Shown here piece after piece: positions 46,412 through 54,064 of a stretch of 64,000 bases of DNA; the first letter of the stretch is position 1, and each line of letters starts with the position of its first letter. The stretch is from Enterobacter phage ZX14: the sequence record PP236086.1; one strand, given 5' to 3'. The translations under genes and the position numbers were made by a program. The notes below the pieces were generated by a model. That model was not told the DNA's origin. It worked only from the letters and a program-made list of their open reading frames with translations, and searched no databases.

Positions 46412-47926
46412 TTAGACAATTGTATCTTTTAAGAAGGATGCAAACAGAGAACCACGACGAGCATAACCAGCATCGTTAGGATGCACAAGGTCATGCGAAG
46501 TGTATTCTTCAGCATTTTCTTTAGTAATCCAGCCTTGGACGTCAACAAACTTCAGTGAATGTTTTTCAGCCTGTTCCATTACAGCCGTACGAATCTTATT
46601 AATTGCTTCTGTTTCACCTTGCGGCGTAGCAGGACCAATTAAAATGACCGGGACTGTAGGGAAATTGGTTTTAACAATTTCAAGAGCAGCGTCCATATTA
46701 GTCTTAAGTTCTTCTACTCTACCTGCTACAGAATCATTATAGCCTAAGCTAAAGATAATATAATCAGGAACTCTAGACAATGTCAGCAATTTATTGGTAA
46801 CACGAGTTGCTGGGACCCTTTCACCGGTAGAGGTCCAGCCAGAACCACCAATACCATCTGCTAATCCGTCTACGCCTAAATGGTCACACATAATACGGAA
46901 ATCGTTAAAGCTTGGCTGAGTTGCTTCGGTACCGAAGGTATATGAATCACCCATCTGCCATACGAATTTACGAGTACGTGGAGGCTTGGACAACGTATCA
47001 GAAGATGAACCTAAGTTCAAGCCGCCGAATGCACTGTTAACGCCTGCTAATGAATATGAGCGTGATTTACGTTCACCGCCCCAATCAACTAAATAGACAA
47101 ATGAAGAACCAGATGAATCAGTAGTTATGCTCTGTGTACCGACTCTTAACCCATCAACATAAAGCTCACAAATAGTATTAAGACCTGCTAATTTAATTTC
47201 AAATTTAGGAGAGTCAGTAACCCAGTTAGCTCTAAATTGTGTGCCATTTCCGATACCATTCCCACGATAACCAGAAGTAGAATCTTTTACATCAGAACCC
47301 CAATAATCGAAAGCAGTATCAGTACGTTCTTTAGAAACACCTGCATACATAGATGTTGCGTTAGTACCACGATAAGTAAGGTTGAATGTTGCACCTGTCC
47401 CTGTCGTTATATTAGCACCATTGTTTCCATTACCCGCTTCAGTAGCACAAGGGTTCGTAGGAGGAGTTGTGTATACACCACCTTGACGGACAGAAGCGGT
47501 TGTTATAGCACCTTCAGCACCTACTGCAGTAACACGAATTAATGTTGGCGCTGATTTAACTCCACCAGAAACATGAATAATATCACCAAACTTATAACCT
47601 GTACCACCATCAACAATTACTGCCGTATCTAAAGCACCACTACCTTTATAAAGATTCGTTGCAGGAGCAGGAGAAATAGGAGCAAATGGAGGGATAATTT
47701 CAGGAAGTTCTGGGATAATTGGTGGTATTACTTCGCCAAACATTACTTCGATATTATATTTTTGCCATTCTACATCCTGTCCTTTTTCAAAGACTGTAGA
47801 ATATAGTGGTTCTTCACTTAAAGAAAGGTTATAAAAAGAGCCTGCTATTTTATGAGCATTTGAATACACCGTAAAATAAACTGATACTTCTATACCCGAT
47901 CTTAACTTCAAATTTATATATTTCAT
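46412..47926 (-). CDS. Soc-domain fusion protein with C-terminal SGNH/GDSL hydrolase domain
   Basis: 504 aa. The N-terminal ~65 aa are homologous to the adjacent Soc (IEVSVYFTVYSNAHKIAGSFYNLSLSEEPLYSTV vs VEVSVAFKVYSDAHRIAGAHYQIFPSEEPAYADV). A Pro-rich linker and Gly/Thr/Asn-rich beta-like middle follow. The C-terminus has GDSYTFG (GDS block) and DLVHPNDAGY (DxxH). Confidence 0.8.
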   Translation of the reverse strand: MKYINLKLRSGIEVSVYFTVYSNAHKIAGSFYNLSLSEEPLYSTVFEKGQDVEWQKYNIEVMFGEVIPPIIPELPEIIPPFAPISPAPATNLYKGSGALDTAVIVDGGTGYKFGDIIHVSGGVKSAPTLIRVTAVGAEGAITTASVRQGGVYTTPPTNPCATEAGNGNNGANITTGTGATFNLTYRGTNATSMYAGVSKERTDTAFDYWGSDVKDSTSGYRGNGIGNGTQFRANWVTDSPKFEIKLAGLNTICELYVDGLRVGTQSITTDSSGSSFVYLVDWGGERKSRSYSLAGVNSAFGGLNLGSSSDTLSKPPRTRKFVWQMGDSYTFGTEATQPSFNDFRIMCDHLGVDGLADGIGGSGWTSTGERVPATRVTNKLLTLSRVPDYIIFSLGYNDSVAGRVEELKTNMDAALEIVKTNFPTVPVILIGPATPQGETEAINKIRTAVMEQAEKHSLKFVDVQGWITKENAEEYTSHDLVHPNDAGYARRGSLFASFLKDTIV

Positions 47927-47952
47927 ATTGGTTCCCTTTGTTTACAAGTTAT

Positions 47953-47960
47953 ATTTATTT
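47953..47960 (-). promoter_or_regulatory. putative late promoter variant AATAAATA for the Soc-fusion gene
   Basis: Minus-strand AATAAATA, 27 nt upstream of the ATG. Confidence 0.35.
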
Positions 47961-47974
47961 AATGCTGTGTGTAA

Positions 47975-48002
47975 ACAAAAAAAGGACTCCCGAAGGAGTC
48001 CT
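47975..48002 (-). terminator. rho-independent terminator after soc (identical copy)
   Basis: Same 20-nt hairpin AGGACTCCTTCGGGAGTCCT followed by T7. Confidence 0.75.
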
Positions 48003-48006
48003 TTAA

Positions 48007-48255
48007 TCAACCAGCAGGTTCTTCAGGTTCAGCTGGAACACCGACAAACATCGCGGCATTCTTGGTAGCCCAATCTTCTGCAGTTTCAACTACATCTGCA
48101 TAAGCAGGTTCTTCAGACGGGAAAATCTGATAATGTGCACCAGCAATACGGTGTGCATCAGAATATACTTTAAAAGCAACAGAAACTTCTACACCTTTTA
48201 CTTCACCAGATGGCAGAGTATGATCGAAAGTTTTGATATTTACATAACCGCCCAT
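48007..48255 (-). CDS. soc: small outer capsid protein Soc
   Basis: 82 aa. GYVNIKTFDHTL…VSVAFKVYSDAHRIAGAHYQIFPSEEPAYADV matches T4 Soc. Confidence 0.85.
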   Translation of the reverse strand: MGGYVNIKTFDHTLPSGEVKGVEVSVAFKVYSDAHRIAGAHYQIFPSEEPAYADVVETAEDWATKNAAMFVGVPAEPEEPAG

Positions 48256-48289
48256 AATGGACTCCTTTTAGTTGGATTGATTACAGGCG

Positions 48290-48297
48290 TATTTATT
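48290..48297 (-). promoter_or_regulatory. putative late promoter variant AATAAATA for soc
   Basis: Minus-strand AATAAATA, 35 nt upstream of the soc ATG. Confidence 0.35.
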
Positions 48298-48302
48298 ACC
48301 GA

Positions 48303-48830
48303 TTAATAACCACGGTCTTGACGAGCAAAGTTTTCTGCGTTCTTCAGATGGTAAAGCTTGTAGATTTCTTCTGCGTCCATACCAAGAGCCATGAACTTAT
48401 TCAAGAAGAAATGAAGCTGATCAATGAGTTCGAATTTAATTTCAAGCTGGTCTTCAGGAGACAGGTCTTTAATCTTTTTAGCCTGCATTTCAACATGCCG
48501 TGCTTTCCATGGTTTCCAGACAGCAGACGCTTCTTTTTCACCATTGCTCATGCCACCGAGTGCAGTGTACAGTTCACGGGTTTCATCAGCAAGATAATCA
48601 TCTTGTGCACGCAGCCAAGCCAGAACTTCACCTGCGGTTTCCAGCGAATCTGGATGGCGATTGCTTTCTGGTTTGTCTTTAGCCAGACGAACCTGCAGAG
48701 ATTTCTGCATATCAAGCATTGCCTGCAGTGGGTCTTCATTGCCACGCAACATACCGTAATATCGTCCAGTCGCCTGGTCTAAAGCCGCTTTATCTTTTAC
48801 CAGTTGAGAACATTCGTTAAAGTGTGCCAT
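48303..48830 (-). CDS. 56: dCTP pyrophosphatase gp56 (MazG-like)
   Basis: Start at MAHFNEC with an AAGGAAAT Shine-Dalgarno. …GEKEASAVWKPWKARH…SPEDQLEIKFELIDQLHFFLN…FARQDRGY is near-identical to T4 gp56. Confidence 0.85.
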   Translation of the reverse strand: MAHFNECSQLVKDKAALDQATGRYYGMLRGNEDPLQAMLDMQKSLQVRLAKDKPESNRHPDSLETAGEVLAWLRAQDDYLADETRELYTALGGMSNGEKEASAVWKPWKARHVEMQAKKIKDLSPEDQLEIKFELIDQLHFFLNKFMALGMDAEEIYKLYHLKNAENFARQDRGY

Positions 48831-48875
48831 TTTATTTCCTTTCAATTCAAGTAGAGATTAATTATAACATTATGT

Positions 48876-49160
48876 TTATTCAGCAACTAAGCCTAAAAGA
48901 ACAGATGCATTACGGAAATGTTCTATCTTTTCATATTTTGCCCAGACAGCATCTTTATCTTCGACAAAGTCGAAATCTGTTTTAACGCGAAGATTCAAAA
49001 GGCAACCCATGATATCGTTCAGCTCATCTGTCAGACGCTGGCGATTTGTTTTACCTTCGTATTCGGAATCTAATCCGAACTGCATAATCTTAGAACACAA
49101 CATTGCAACTTCGTTGCATTCTTCGCCTAGTTTTAAAAAAGCGTGTTGTTCTTGGTTCAT
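48876..49160 (-). CDS. hypothetical protein (possible MazG-like fold)
   Basis: 94-aa ORF. EECNEVA and a helical pattern weakly reminiscent of MazG. Confidence 0.35.
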   Translation of the reverse strand: MNQEQHAFLKLGEECNEVAMLCSKIMQFGLDSEYEGKTNRQRLTDELNDIMGCLLNLRVKTDFDFVEDKDAVWAKYEKIEHFRNASVLLGLVAE

Positions 49161-49182
49161 TATTTAACCTTAATTTAACTTT

Positions 49183-49190
49183 TATAAATA
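49183..49190 (+). promoter_or_regulatory. late promoter TATAAATA
   Basis: Exact TATAAATA upstream of the plus-strand small membrane ORF. Confidence 0.5.
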
Positions 49191-49206
49191 TTGAATGGAG
49201 GTGGTT

Positions 49207-49416
49207 ATGGGGACGATATTTTATCAAATCTCGAAACTTGGTAATAAAGAACGTAAAGCAATGATAGGCTTTTTGGCTTTCGATGTAATCGTCTGGAATT
49301 TTCTTATAGTTCCAGTCGCAGCAACTCAAGGGGTATTACTCCCTCAAGTTACATTAGAGCACATTATGTCTATTATTAGTGCATTCGGTGGTTTAGCTTC
49401 TAGCGTACCGACTTAA
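49207..49416 (+). CDS. small late membrane protein (69 aa)
   Basis: TATAAATA at 49183-49190, then a GGAGGTG Shine-Dalgarno and ATG at 49207. Hydrophobic (…GFLAFDVIVWNFLIVPVAAT…). Its 3' end is antisense to the end of gene 61. Confidence 0.4.
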   Translation: MGTIFYQISKLGNKERKAMIGFLAFDVIVWNFLIVPVAATQGVLLPQVTLEHIMSIISAFGGLASSVPT

Positions 49417-50421
49417 TCTCATTTTAGCCATTAACCCCTGTTCGGTGTTCTTGTTCATGTAGTCAAGAATTTGTTCAGGGGTTGCTCCATCATCTTTAAT
49501 CATATCATTTATATCCTTCGAAGGCCATGGAGCCTTGTCCCAGAATAAAATCCTTTCACCTGCATTGACAAGTTTAGTCATACGTTTAATGGTATCAGGC
49601 TTTCGGGCTTCGTTATCCATCACCCAAACACGAGTCTCTTTAAATGGAACTATATTTAAGTCCATAGAGCCGCCTGTTATCGCGATAGAATTAGGTATGA
49701 ATAAACTATCAATAGGCCCTTCCATCACCCAGACACGTTTACGTTCATCAACTGTGTCGAGTCCATAGATTTTTGTTGCATCGTCGTGTGCTTTGATTGT
49801 GATGTATTTCTGTGGAGCATCTTTGCGTAGAGCTCGTCCTTGGAATGATTCGATGTCTTTGTTGCTGTTGAAGATAGGTATAACCAACCGCGGTTCATTC
49901 GTTTCATTACTGTACGTCCCAGGTTTCACAGAGTTAACAAGAGCAGGCCACTGCATAGTAAACCATAACCGATGCCATTGGTTCTCAGGAATGAACCTGG
50001 AACGAACATATTTGATTATAGGATGGTCTGGTTGTAATTTGTCAAGACGAGTACAATACTCTAATTTTTCGATAACAGGCATTTTTGCTTTAAATTTATC
50101 CGAAACTTCAACTTCTTTTCTTTCCGGCTTAGCAAAAGTCCTTTCTTTCCTTATCTCAAGAATGTATTCTCGATAAAGGTCCTCTTCAAATTCTTTCAAG
50201 TACTTACTCAACCATGCATCATATTCACAGTTAAAGCAATGAACACGTATTCCTGAATCTTTAGTAGGATAAGCCCAGAAACGAGCTTTATGCATGTCTT
50301 TTTGGGAGTCACCACAAACCTTACAACGACAGTTTAATTTGAAGTCGCTCCCGGTTACTTGTCTGAATTTAGGCTGATGAGATAAAGCCCTTAATGCAAA
50401 TTCACGGTCTACAAAACTCAT
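49393..50421 (-). CDS. 61: DNA primase gp61
   Basis: 342 aa. Zinc ribbon CRCKVCGDS…CFNCEY and TOPRIM. …QGRALRKDAPQKYITI…DNEARKPDTIKRMTKLVNAGER…QGLMAKMRLS matches T4 gp61. Confidence 0.9.
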   Translation of the reverse strand: MSFVDREFALRALSHQPKFRQVTGSDFKLNCRCKVCGDSQKDMHKARFWAYPTKDSGIRVHCFNCEYDAWLSKYLKEFEEDLYREYILEIRKERTFAKPERKEVEVSDKFKAKMPVIEKLEYCTRLDKLQPDHPIIKYVRSRFIPENQWHRLWFTMQWPALVNSVKPGTYSNETNEPRLVIPIFNSNKDIESFQGRALRKDAPQKYITIKAHDDATKIYGLDTVDERKRVWVMEGPIDSLFIPNSIAITGGSMDLNIVPFKETRVWVMDNEARKPDTIKRMTKLVNAGERILFWDKAPWPSKDINDMIKDDGATPEQILDYMNKNTEQGLMAKMRLSRYARS

Positions 50422-50433
50422 AATGGTCCTTAA

Positions 50434-50460
50434 ACTAAAAAGGCTCTCGATATGAGAGCC
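50434..50460 (-). terminator. rho-independent terminator
   Basis: Minus strand GGCTCTCATATCGAGAGCC followed by TTTTTAGTTT. Confidence 0.6.
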
Positions 50461-50466
50461 ATTATA

Positions 50467-50631
50467 TTATACTTCTTCGGACTTCTTAGATTTTTGCTTC
50501 TTAGCAGGGATTTGTTCGGGGCCTTTATTAACTACAGCGCCTGAAGTGGTTCCCGAGGCAATATTCTGAGGATTACCACCAGCATCACCTGCGACCATTT
50601 CTTCTTTTAAAAATTCTTCGTATGTTTTCAT
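50467..50631 (-). CDS. hypothetical small protein (54 aa)
   Basis: AAGGAGA Shine-Dalgarno. MKTYEEFLKEEMVAGDAGGN…. Followed by a hairpin terminator. Confidence 0.4.
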   Translation of the reverse strand: MKTYEEFLKEEMVAGDAGGNPQNIASGTTSGAVVNKGPEQIPAKKQKSKKSEEV

Positions 50632-50674
50632 TTGCTCTCCTTAGAGCTATTTAACTAGTAAAAATATGTTTGCA

Positions 50675-50953
50675 TTACAAACCTATTAAATCACAATGGA
50701 TTCTTTCTAAAGAATCTTCAAATGCTTTACGATAAATTTCACGTAAAACAGCCATCCGGAAATACTTCTTCAACTTACGCATTTGGCGCTTAGTTGGTTT
50801 GGTCACGAACTCAAAGAATTCAACATGACCAAATGGAAGAGTGTTATCTCCAGCTTGGTCAATGATAACTTCCCAAGTTGCATATTCATCATAAGACTTC
50901 ATACGAAGCCCATTTGATAATACCACTGGAGCATAAAACATATGAATTTTCAT
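50675..50953 (-). CDS. hypothetical protein
   Basis: Start at MKIHMF. ATGA overlap with the upstream ORF. Confidence 0.4.
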   Translation of the reverse strand: MKIHMFYAPVVLSNGLRMKSYDEYATWEVIIDQAGDNTLPFGHVEFFEFVTKPTKRQMRKLKKYFRMAVLREIYRKAFEDSLERIHCDLIGL

Positions 50954-51297
50954 CGGTTCATCCACGCATCAAAAATAGGGTCACCTGAGGACTTTTTAAA
51001 AGGCTTAATATCTTTGTAGGTCCAGCCTGCAGCAACAACTGTAGAATTTGCTTCAATATCAAACATTATGTCTTCGTCAATACCAGAATCATAAGCAGCA
51101 CTAATAGCGAAGTTCTTTAACGATCTATCCGTTAACTCAAAATTTTCGCACTCAACTAATCTAGGGTTTTCATGAGTCATCTTATGGGTCACTATACCTT
51201 GGTATGTTACCACTAGGGTACCAATCCAGATACCGTCGGCATCCCAAACCATCAGATGACGATTATCAGCATTATACTTTGATTTAAACATATACAT
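50950..51297 (-). CDS. hypothetical protein
   Basis: 115-aa ORF. Confidence 0.45.
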   Translation of the reverse strand: MYMFKSKYNADNRHLMVWDADGIWIGTLVVTYQGIVTHKMTHENPRLVECENFELTDRSLKNFAISAAYDSGIDEDIMFDIEANSTVVAAGWTYKDIKPFKKSSGDPIFDAWMNR

Positions 51298-51650
51298 TAT
51301 TCAGGGTCCACGAATTCTACAGCTTGTTGAGGGGTTTTGCCTTCACAGACAACCATTTGAATTGCAACTAAAGTATCTTTGAAGCTATAATCTTCGAAGG
51401 TCATTGCACGGTTTTTGTCAATATGAGGCACGATTGTTTCGACTGCAAAGGCTCTTACTTCAGGCTCATCGGCTTCTGCAGTAAAGATGCACTCAGGAGA
51501 ATTGTAACCAGTTTCCATCGTATCTGCTTTCGACGTTGATGGTATCAACTGGTCCATATAAGCCATAGCTTCGGCTTTTGTATCAGCCATCGCAGGTTGC
51601 ATCCCACACGCACTTAAAGCAAATACTAAAGCCAGGGTTAACCGTTTCAT
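51297..51650 (-). CDS. sp: spackle-like periplasmic protein
   Basis: Signal peptide MKRLTLALVFALSACGMQPAMA resembles T4 Sp (…ALASCAAQPAMA). 117 aa. Location is 61-proximal as in T4. Confidence 0.6.
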   Translation of the reverse strand: MKRLTLALVFALSACGMQPAMADTKAEAMAYMDQLIPSTSKADTMETGYNSPECIFTAEADEPEVRAFAVETIVPHIDKNRAMTFEDYSFKDTLVAIQMVVCEGKTPQQAVEFVDPE

Positions 51651-51790
51651 TCTTCTTCTCCAAAGTCATAGTGGTTTTCGTAAAAACAATCTTGACAATA
51701 ATCACCGTCATCACCAAAACAAGTTTCATTTCGATGAACTTCATTTTCTGGTATCTTAACACCACAATCATCACATGTAAACTGTCTCAT
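51647..51790 (-). CDS. small acidic C4 zinc-ribbon protein (47 aa)
   Basis: MRQFTCDDCGVKIP…YCQDCFYENHYDFGEEE. ATGA coupling on both sides. Confidence 0.35.
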   Translation of the reverse strand: MRQFTCDDCGVKIPENEVHRNETCFGDDGDYCQDCFYENHYDFGEEE

Positions 51791-51924
51791 TCTTCTCCTA
51801 AATATTCGTCATATTCTTCTTGTTCAAGTTCACATTCCATACAGATTGCGGTATTCGTATAGTCAAAAACCGCTAATTTTTCGTTTACAAGGTGTCCACA
51901 GATAGAGCATTTAACTTCTTCCAT
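51787..51924 (-). CDS. small acidic C4 zinc-ribbon protein (45 aa)
   Basis: MEEVKCSICGHLVN…AICMECELEQEEYDEYLGEE. Confidence 0.35.
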   Translation of the reverse strand: MEEVKCSICGHLVNEKLAVFDYTNTAICMECELEQEEYDEYLGEE

Positions 51925-52215
51925 TTAGATTTCCTCGCAGAAGGCCCATTCGGCATGATAAACCGTAGCGCCTTTAGTGTCACTTAAGCAAACCACATCT
52001 ACCGGAGAAACTACACGATAGACAACTGGTTCTCCTCCGTATGAACGTGCAGCACGTCCAGCATAAATCTTTGCTAGTCCGATATCTTCGGTGAAGAATA
52101 CACGGTCTAAATTTTTCTTACGTCCTACTTCAGAAATTACTCCAGTATCGACAGGTGGACAAAGCATGTTTTTGATGTTTGCGTTAGTTGTCGAGCCATG
52201 ATAGTAAGTTTTCAT
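51925..52215 (-). CDS. hypothetical protein with H-G-S…Y…E (ART-like) motif pattern
   Basis: Start at MKTYYHGS (GGAGAACAAAATG). HGS, then KIYAG / VVYRVV, then AEWAF(CEE). Own early promoter at 52242-52270. Confidence 0.45.
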   Translation of the reverse strand: MKTYYHGSTTNANIKNMLCPPVDTGVISEVGRKKNLDRVFFTEDIGLAKIYAGRAARSYGGEPVVYRVVSPVDVVCLSDTKGATVYHAEWAFCEEI

Positions 52216-52241
52216 TTTGTTCTCCATGTTGGTACAAGACT

Positions 52242-52270
52242 ATAATATCACGCCCTAAGGAGATGTAAAC
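52242..52270 (-). promoter_or_regulatory. early promoter (17-nt spacer)
   Basis: GTTTACATCTCCTTAGGGCGTGATATTAT. Confidence 0.45.
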
Positions 52271-52277
52271 CCCTAAA

Positions 52278-52295
52278 GGAGGCCGAAGCCTCCTC
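52278..52295 (-). terminator. UUCG hairpin after gene 41 (weak terminator)
   Basis: AGGAGGCTTCGGCCTCCT followed by TTTAGGGG. Confidence 0.4.
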
Positions 52296-53738
52296 TTAGA
52301 ATTTTAACTGACCTGCAAGTTCATCAAGGTCACTTCGATTGACACGAGCCTGTCTGTTCGCTTCAGCCTGACGATTCATCTCGCCTGTGGCTTCACGTAC
52401 AGTAGAGATAGGTCCTTTAGGTCCACCTTCATCTTCTACTTCGACCCAACGTTGGTTGCCTTTCTTAACGCCAATCTTGAACTTATTATAGTAGTTCTTG
52501 TCACCATAACGTGACTTCAACTGTTTAATCATTTGAAGACCCATCTGTGCAAATTCTTCGGTCTCAACAATACCAAGCATGAAGTCTGCTGTATGTGCGA
52601 TACCAAATGATTCTGCGATGTCAGCCATATCGATTTCAGCTGAAACGTTAGCACCACGAGTTGTCTGTGCTGCAGTCCACATGACGATTTTCTTTTCTAC
52701 CGCCAGACCACGAAGTTCTTCAGCTACCATCTTAATCAAACCATAGCTGTTTTCAGAGAACACTTTAACGCGGCTTGAAGCACAAATAGCCAAGTAGTCA
52801 ACAATCACTACATCAGGAACAAAGCCTTGCTTAAGCTTATATTCGTTCAACAGTGCACGGAACGTATCAGCATTAGCACCACCAGTAGGATATTGCTTAA
52901 CTTTAAGCTTACCTAAAGTTTTATTCTGACGCCATTTATCCATCTTAGCTTTATATTCAGGCCAAGATACATGCCCTTCATCAAGGTCATCAAGTGTAAC
53001 ATCCAGAAGGTTGGCATCAATACGCTTGGCGCATACTTCTTCTGCCATCTCCATGGAGATATAAAGGACGTTTAGACCAGACTGAAGATAATCAGCAGCT
53101 AATGAACAAAGTCCAAGAGACTTACCTACGTTCGTCCCTGCCAACAGAATATTCAATGTACCGAACTCAACACCACCTTTAGTGATTTTGTTGAAAATAT
53201 TCAGACGGAATGGAACCTTATTTGCTTTATTCATGTATGTCTGGAAACGGGCTTCGCTATCTTCCATCCAGTCATGACCAAGCTGTGAGTCGAAACAAAT
53301 AGACAGTGCATCGCGCATTATATCTGGGATTGCACCAATACCTGGCAACTTACGGTTCTGTTCATGCGGTGGTAGGTCTGCATTAGTCTGGATTTCGATA
53401 ATCTTAGACGTCGCATTATACATTGCCGCTTTCTGAACATACTTTTCAGTTTCAGCTACTAACCAATCAAAATCTTCAGGACCTGCATTTAAATCAGAAA
53501 GAAGAGCTTTAGTTTCTTTATATTCGATTTCACCGATACTAGCATTGCTTAATGCAATATCTAATGCATTTTTAGAAGGAACTGAATTATATTCGTTTAC
53601 ATGAGCCTTTAACAATTTGAATAGGGTCTTTGCAGGACCCTGGTCAAAATAATCAGCATTCATATAAGGCCAGACACGGACAAAATAGTCCTTATTGCCT
53701 AGCAACTGTGCTAAAATTGTTTCTACCACTTCCACCAC
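52296..53738 (-). CDS. 41: replicative DNA helicase gp41 (DnaB-like)
   Basis: 480 aa. Walker A AGTNVGKSLGL, RecA-like core. T4 gp41 is 475 aa. Confidence 0.9.
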   Translation of the reverse strand: MVEVVETILAQLLGNKDYFVRVWPYMNADYFDQGPAKTLFKLLKAHVNEYNSVPSKNALDIALSNASIGEIEYKETKALLSDLNAGPEDFDWLVAETEKYVQKAAMYNATSKIIEIQTNADLPPHEQNRKLPGIGAIPDIMRDALSICFDSQLGHDWMEDSEARFQTYMNKANKVPFRLNIFNKITKGGVEFGTLNILLAGTNVGKSLGLCSLAADYLQSGLNVLYISMEMAEEVCAKRIDANLLDVTLDDLDEGHVSWPEYKAKMDKWRQNKTLGKLKVKQYPTGGANADTFRALLNEYKLKQGFVPDVVIVDYLAICASSRVKVFSENSYGLIKMVAEELRGLAVEKKIVMWTAAQTTRGANVSAEIDMADIAESFGIAHTADFMLGIVETEEFAQMGLQMIKQLKSRYGDKNYYNKFKIGVKKGNQRWVEVEDEGGPKGPISTVREATGEMNRQAEANRQARVNRSDLDELAGQLKF

Positions 53739-54064
53739 CTTTTCTTCATATTAATTTCTTTAAGAGCTTCGTTAATTTGCATTGTAACACATTTTTCAAC
53801 ATGCTCTGCTAATTCGCCTTTACGCTCTTCGGAAGGAGTACCAAAATCTACGGTCACTTGACCTTTTGGAGAAATATCAATCTTTGTAACATAAACCATA
53901 TGGCTACTACCATCTGGGAGTGTTAACAAAATCTCCTGCATAACAGAACCCATGCTCTGTTTAATAATGTCTAAAGACTTCTCGTAATACTGAGGACCAC
54001 TAGGGCCCTCTTCGGTGTCTTTGACAAAGTTGTCCAGGTCGGACAGGTCTAAGTCATTACTCAT
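53723..54064 (-). CDS. 40: gp40-position protein
   Basis: Start at MSNDLDLSDL. Lies between uvsX and 41 as T4 gene 40. Confidence 0.5.
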   Translation of the reverse strand: MSNDLDLSDLDNFVKDTEEGPSGPQYYEKSLDIIKQSMGSVMQEILLTLPDGSSHMVYVTKIDISPKGQVTVDFGTPSEERKGELAEHVEKCVTMQINEALKEINMKKRWWKW

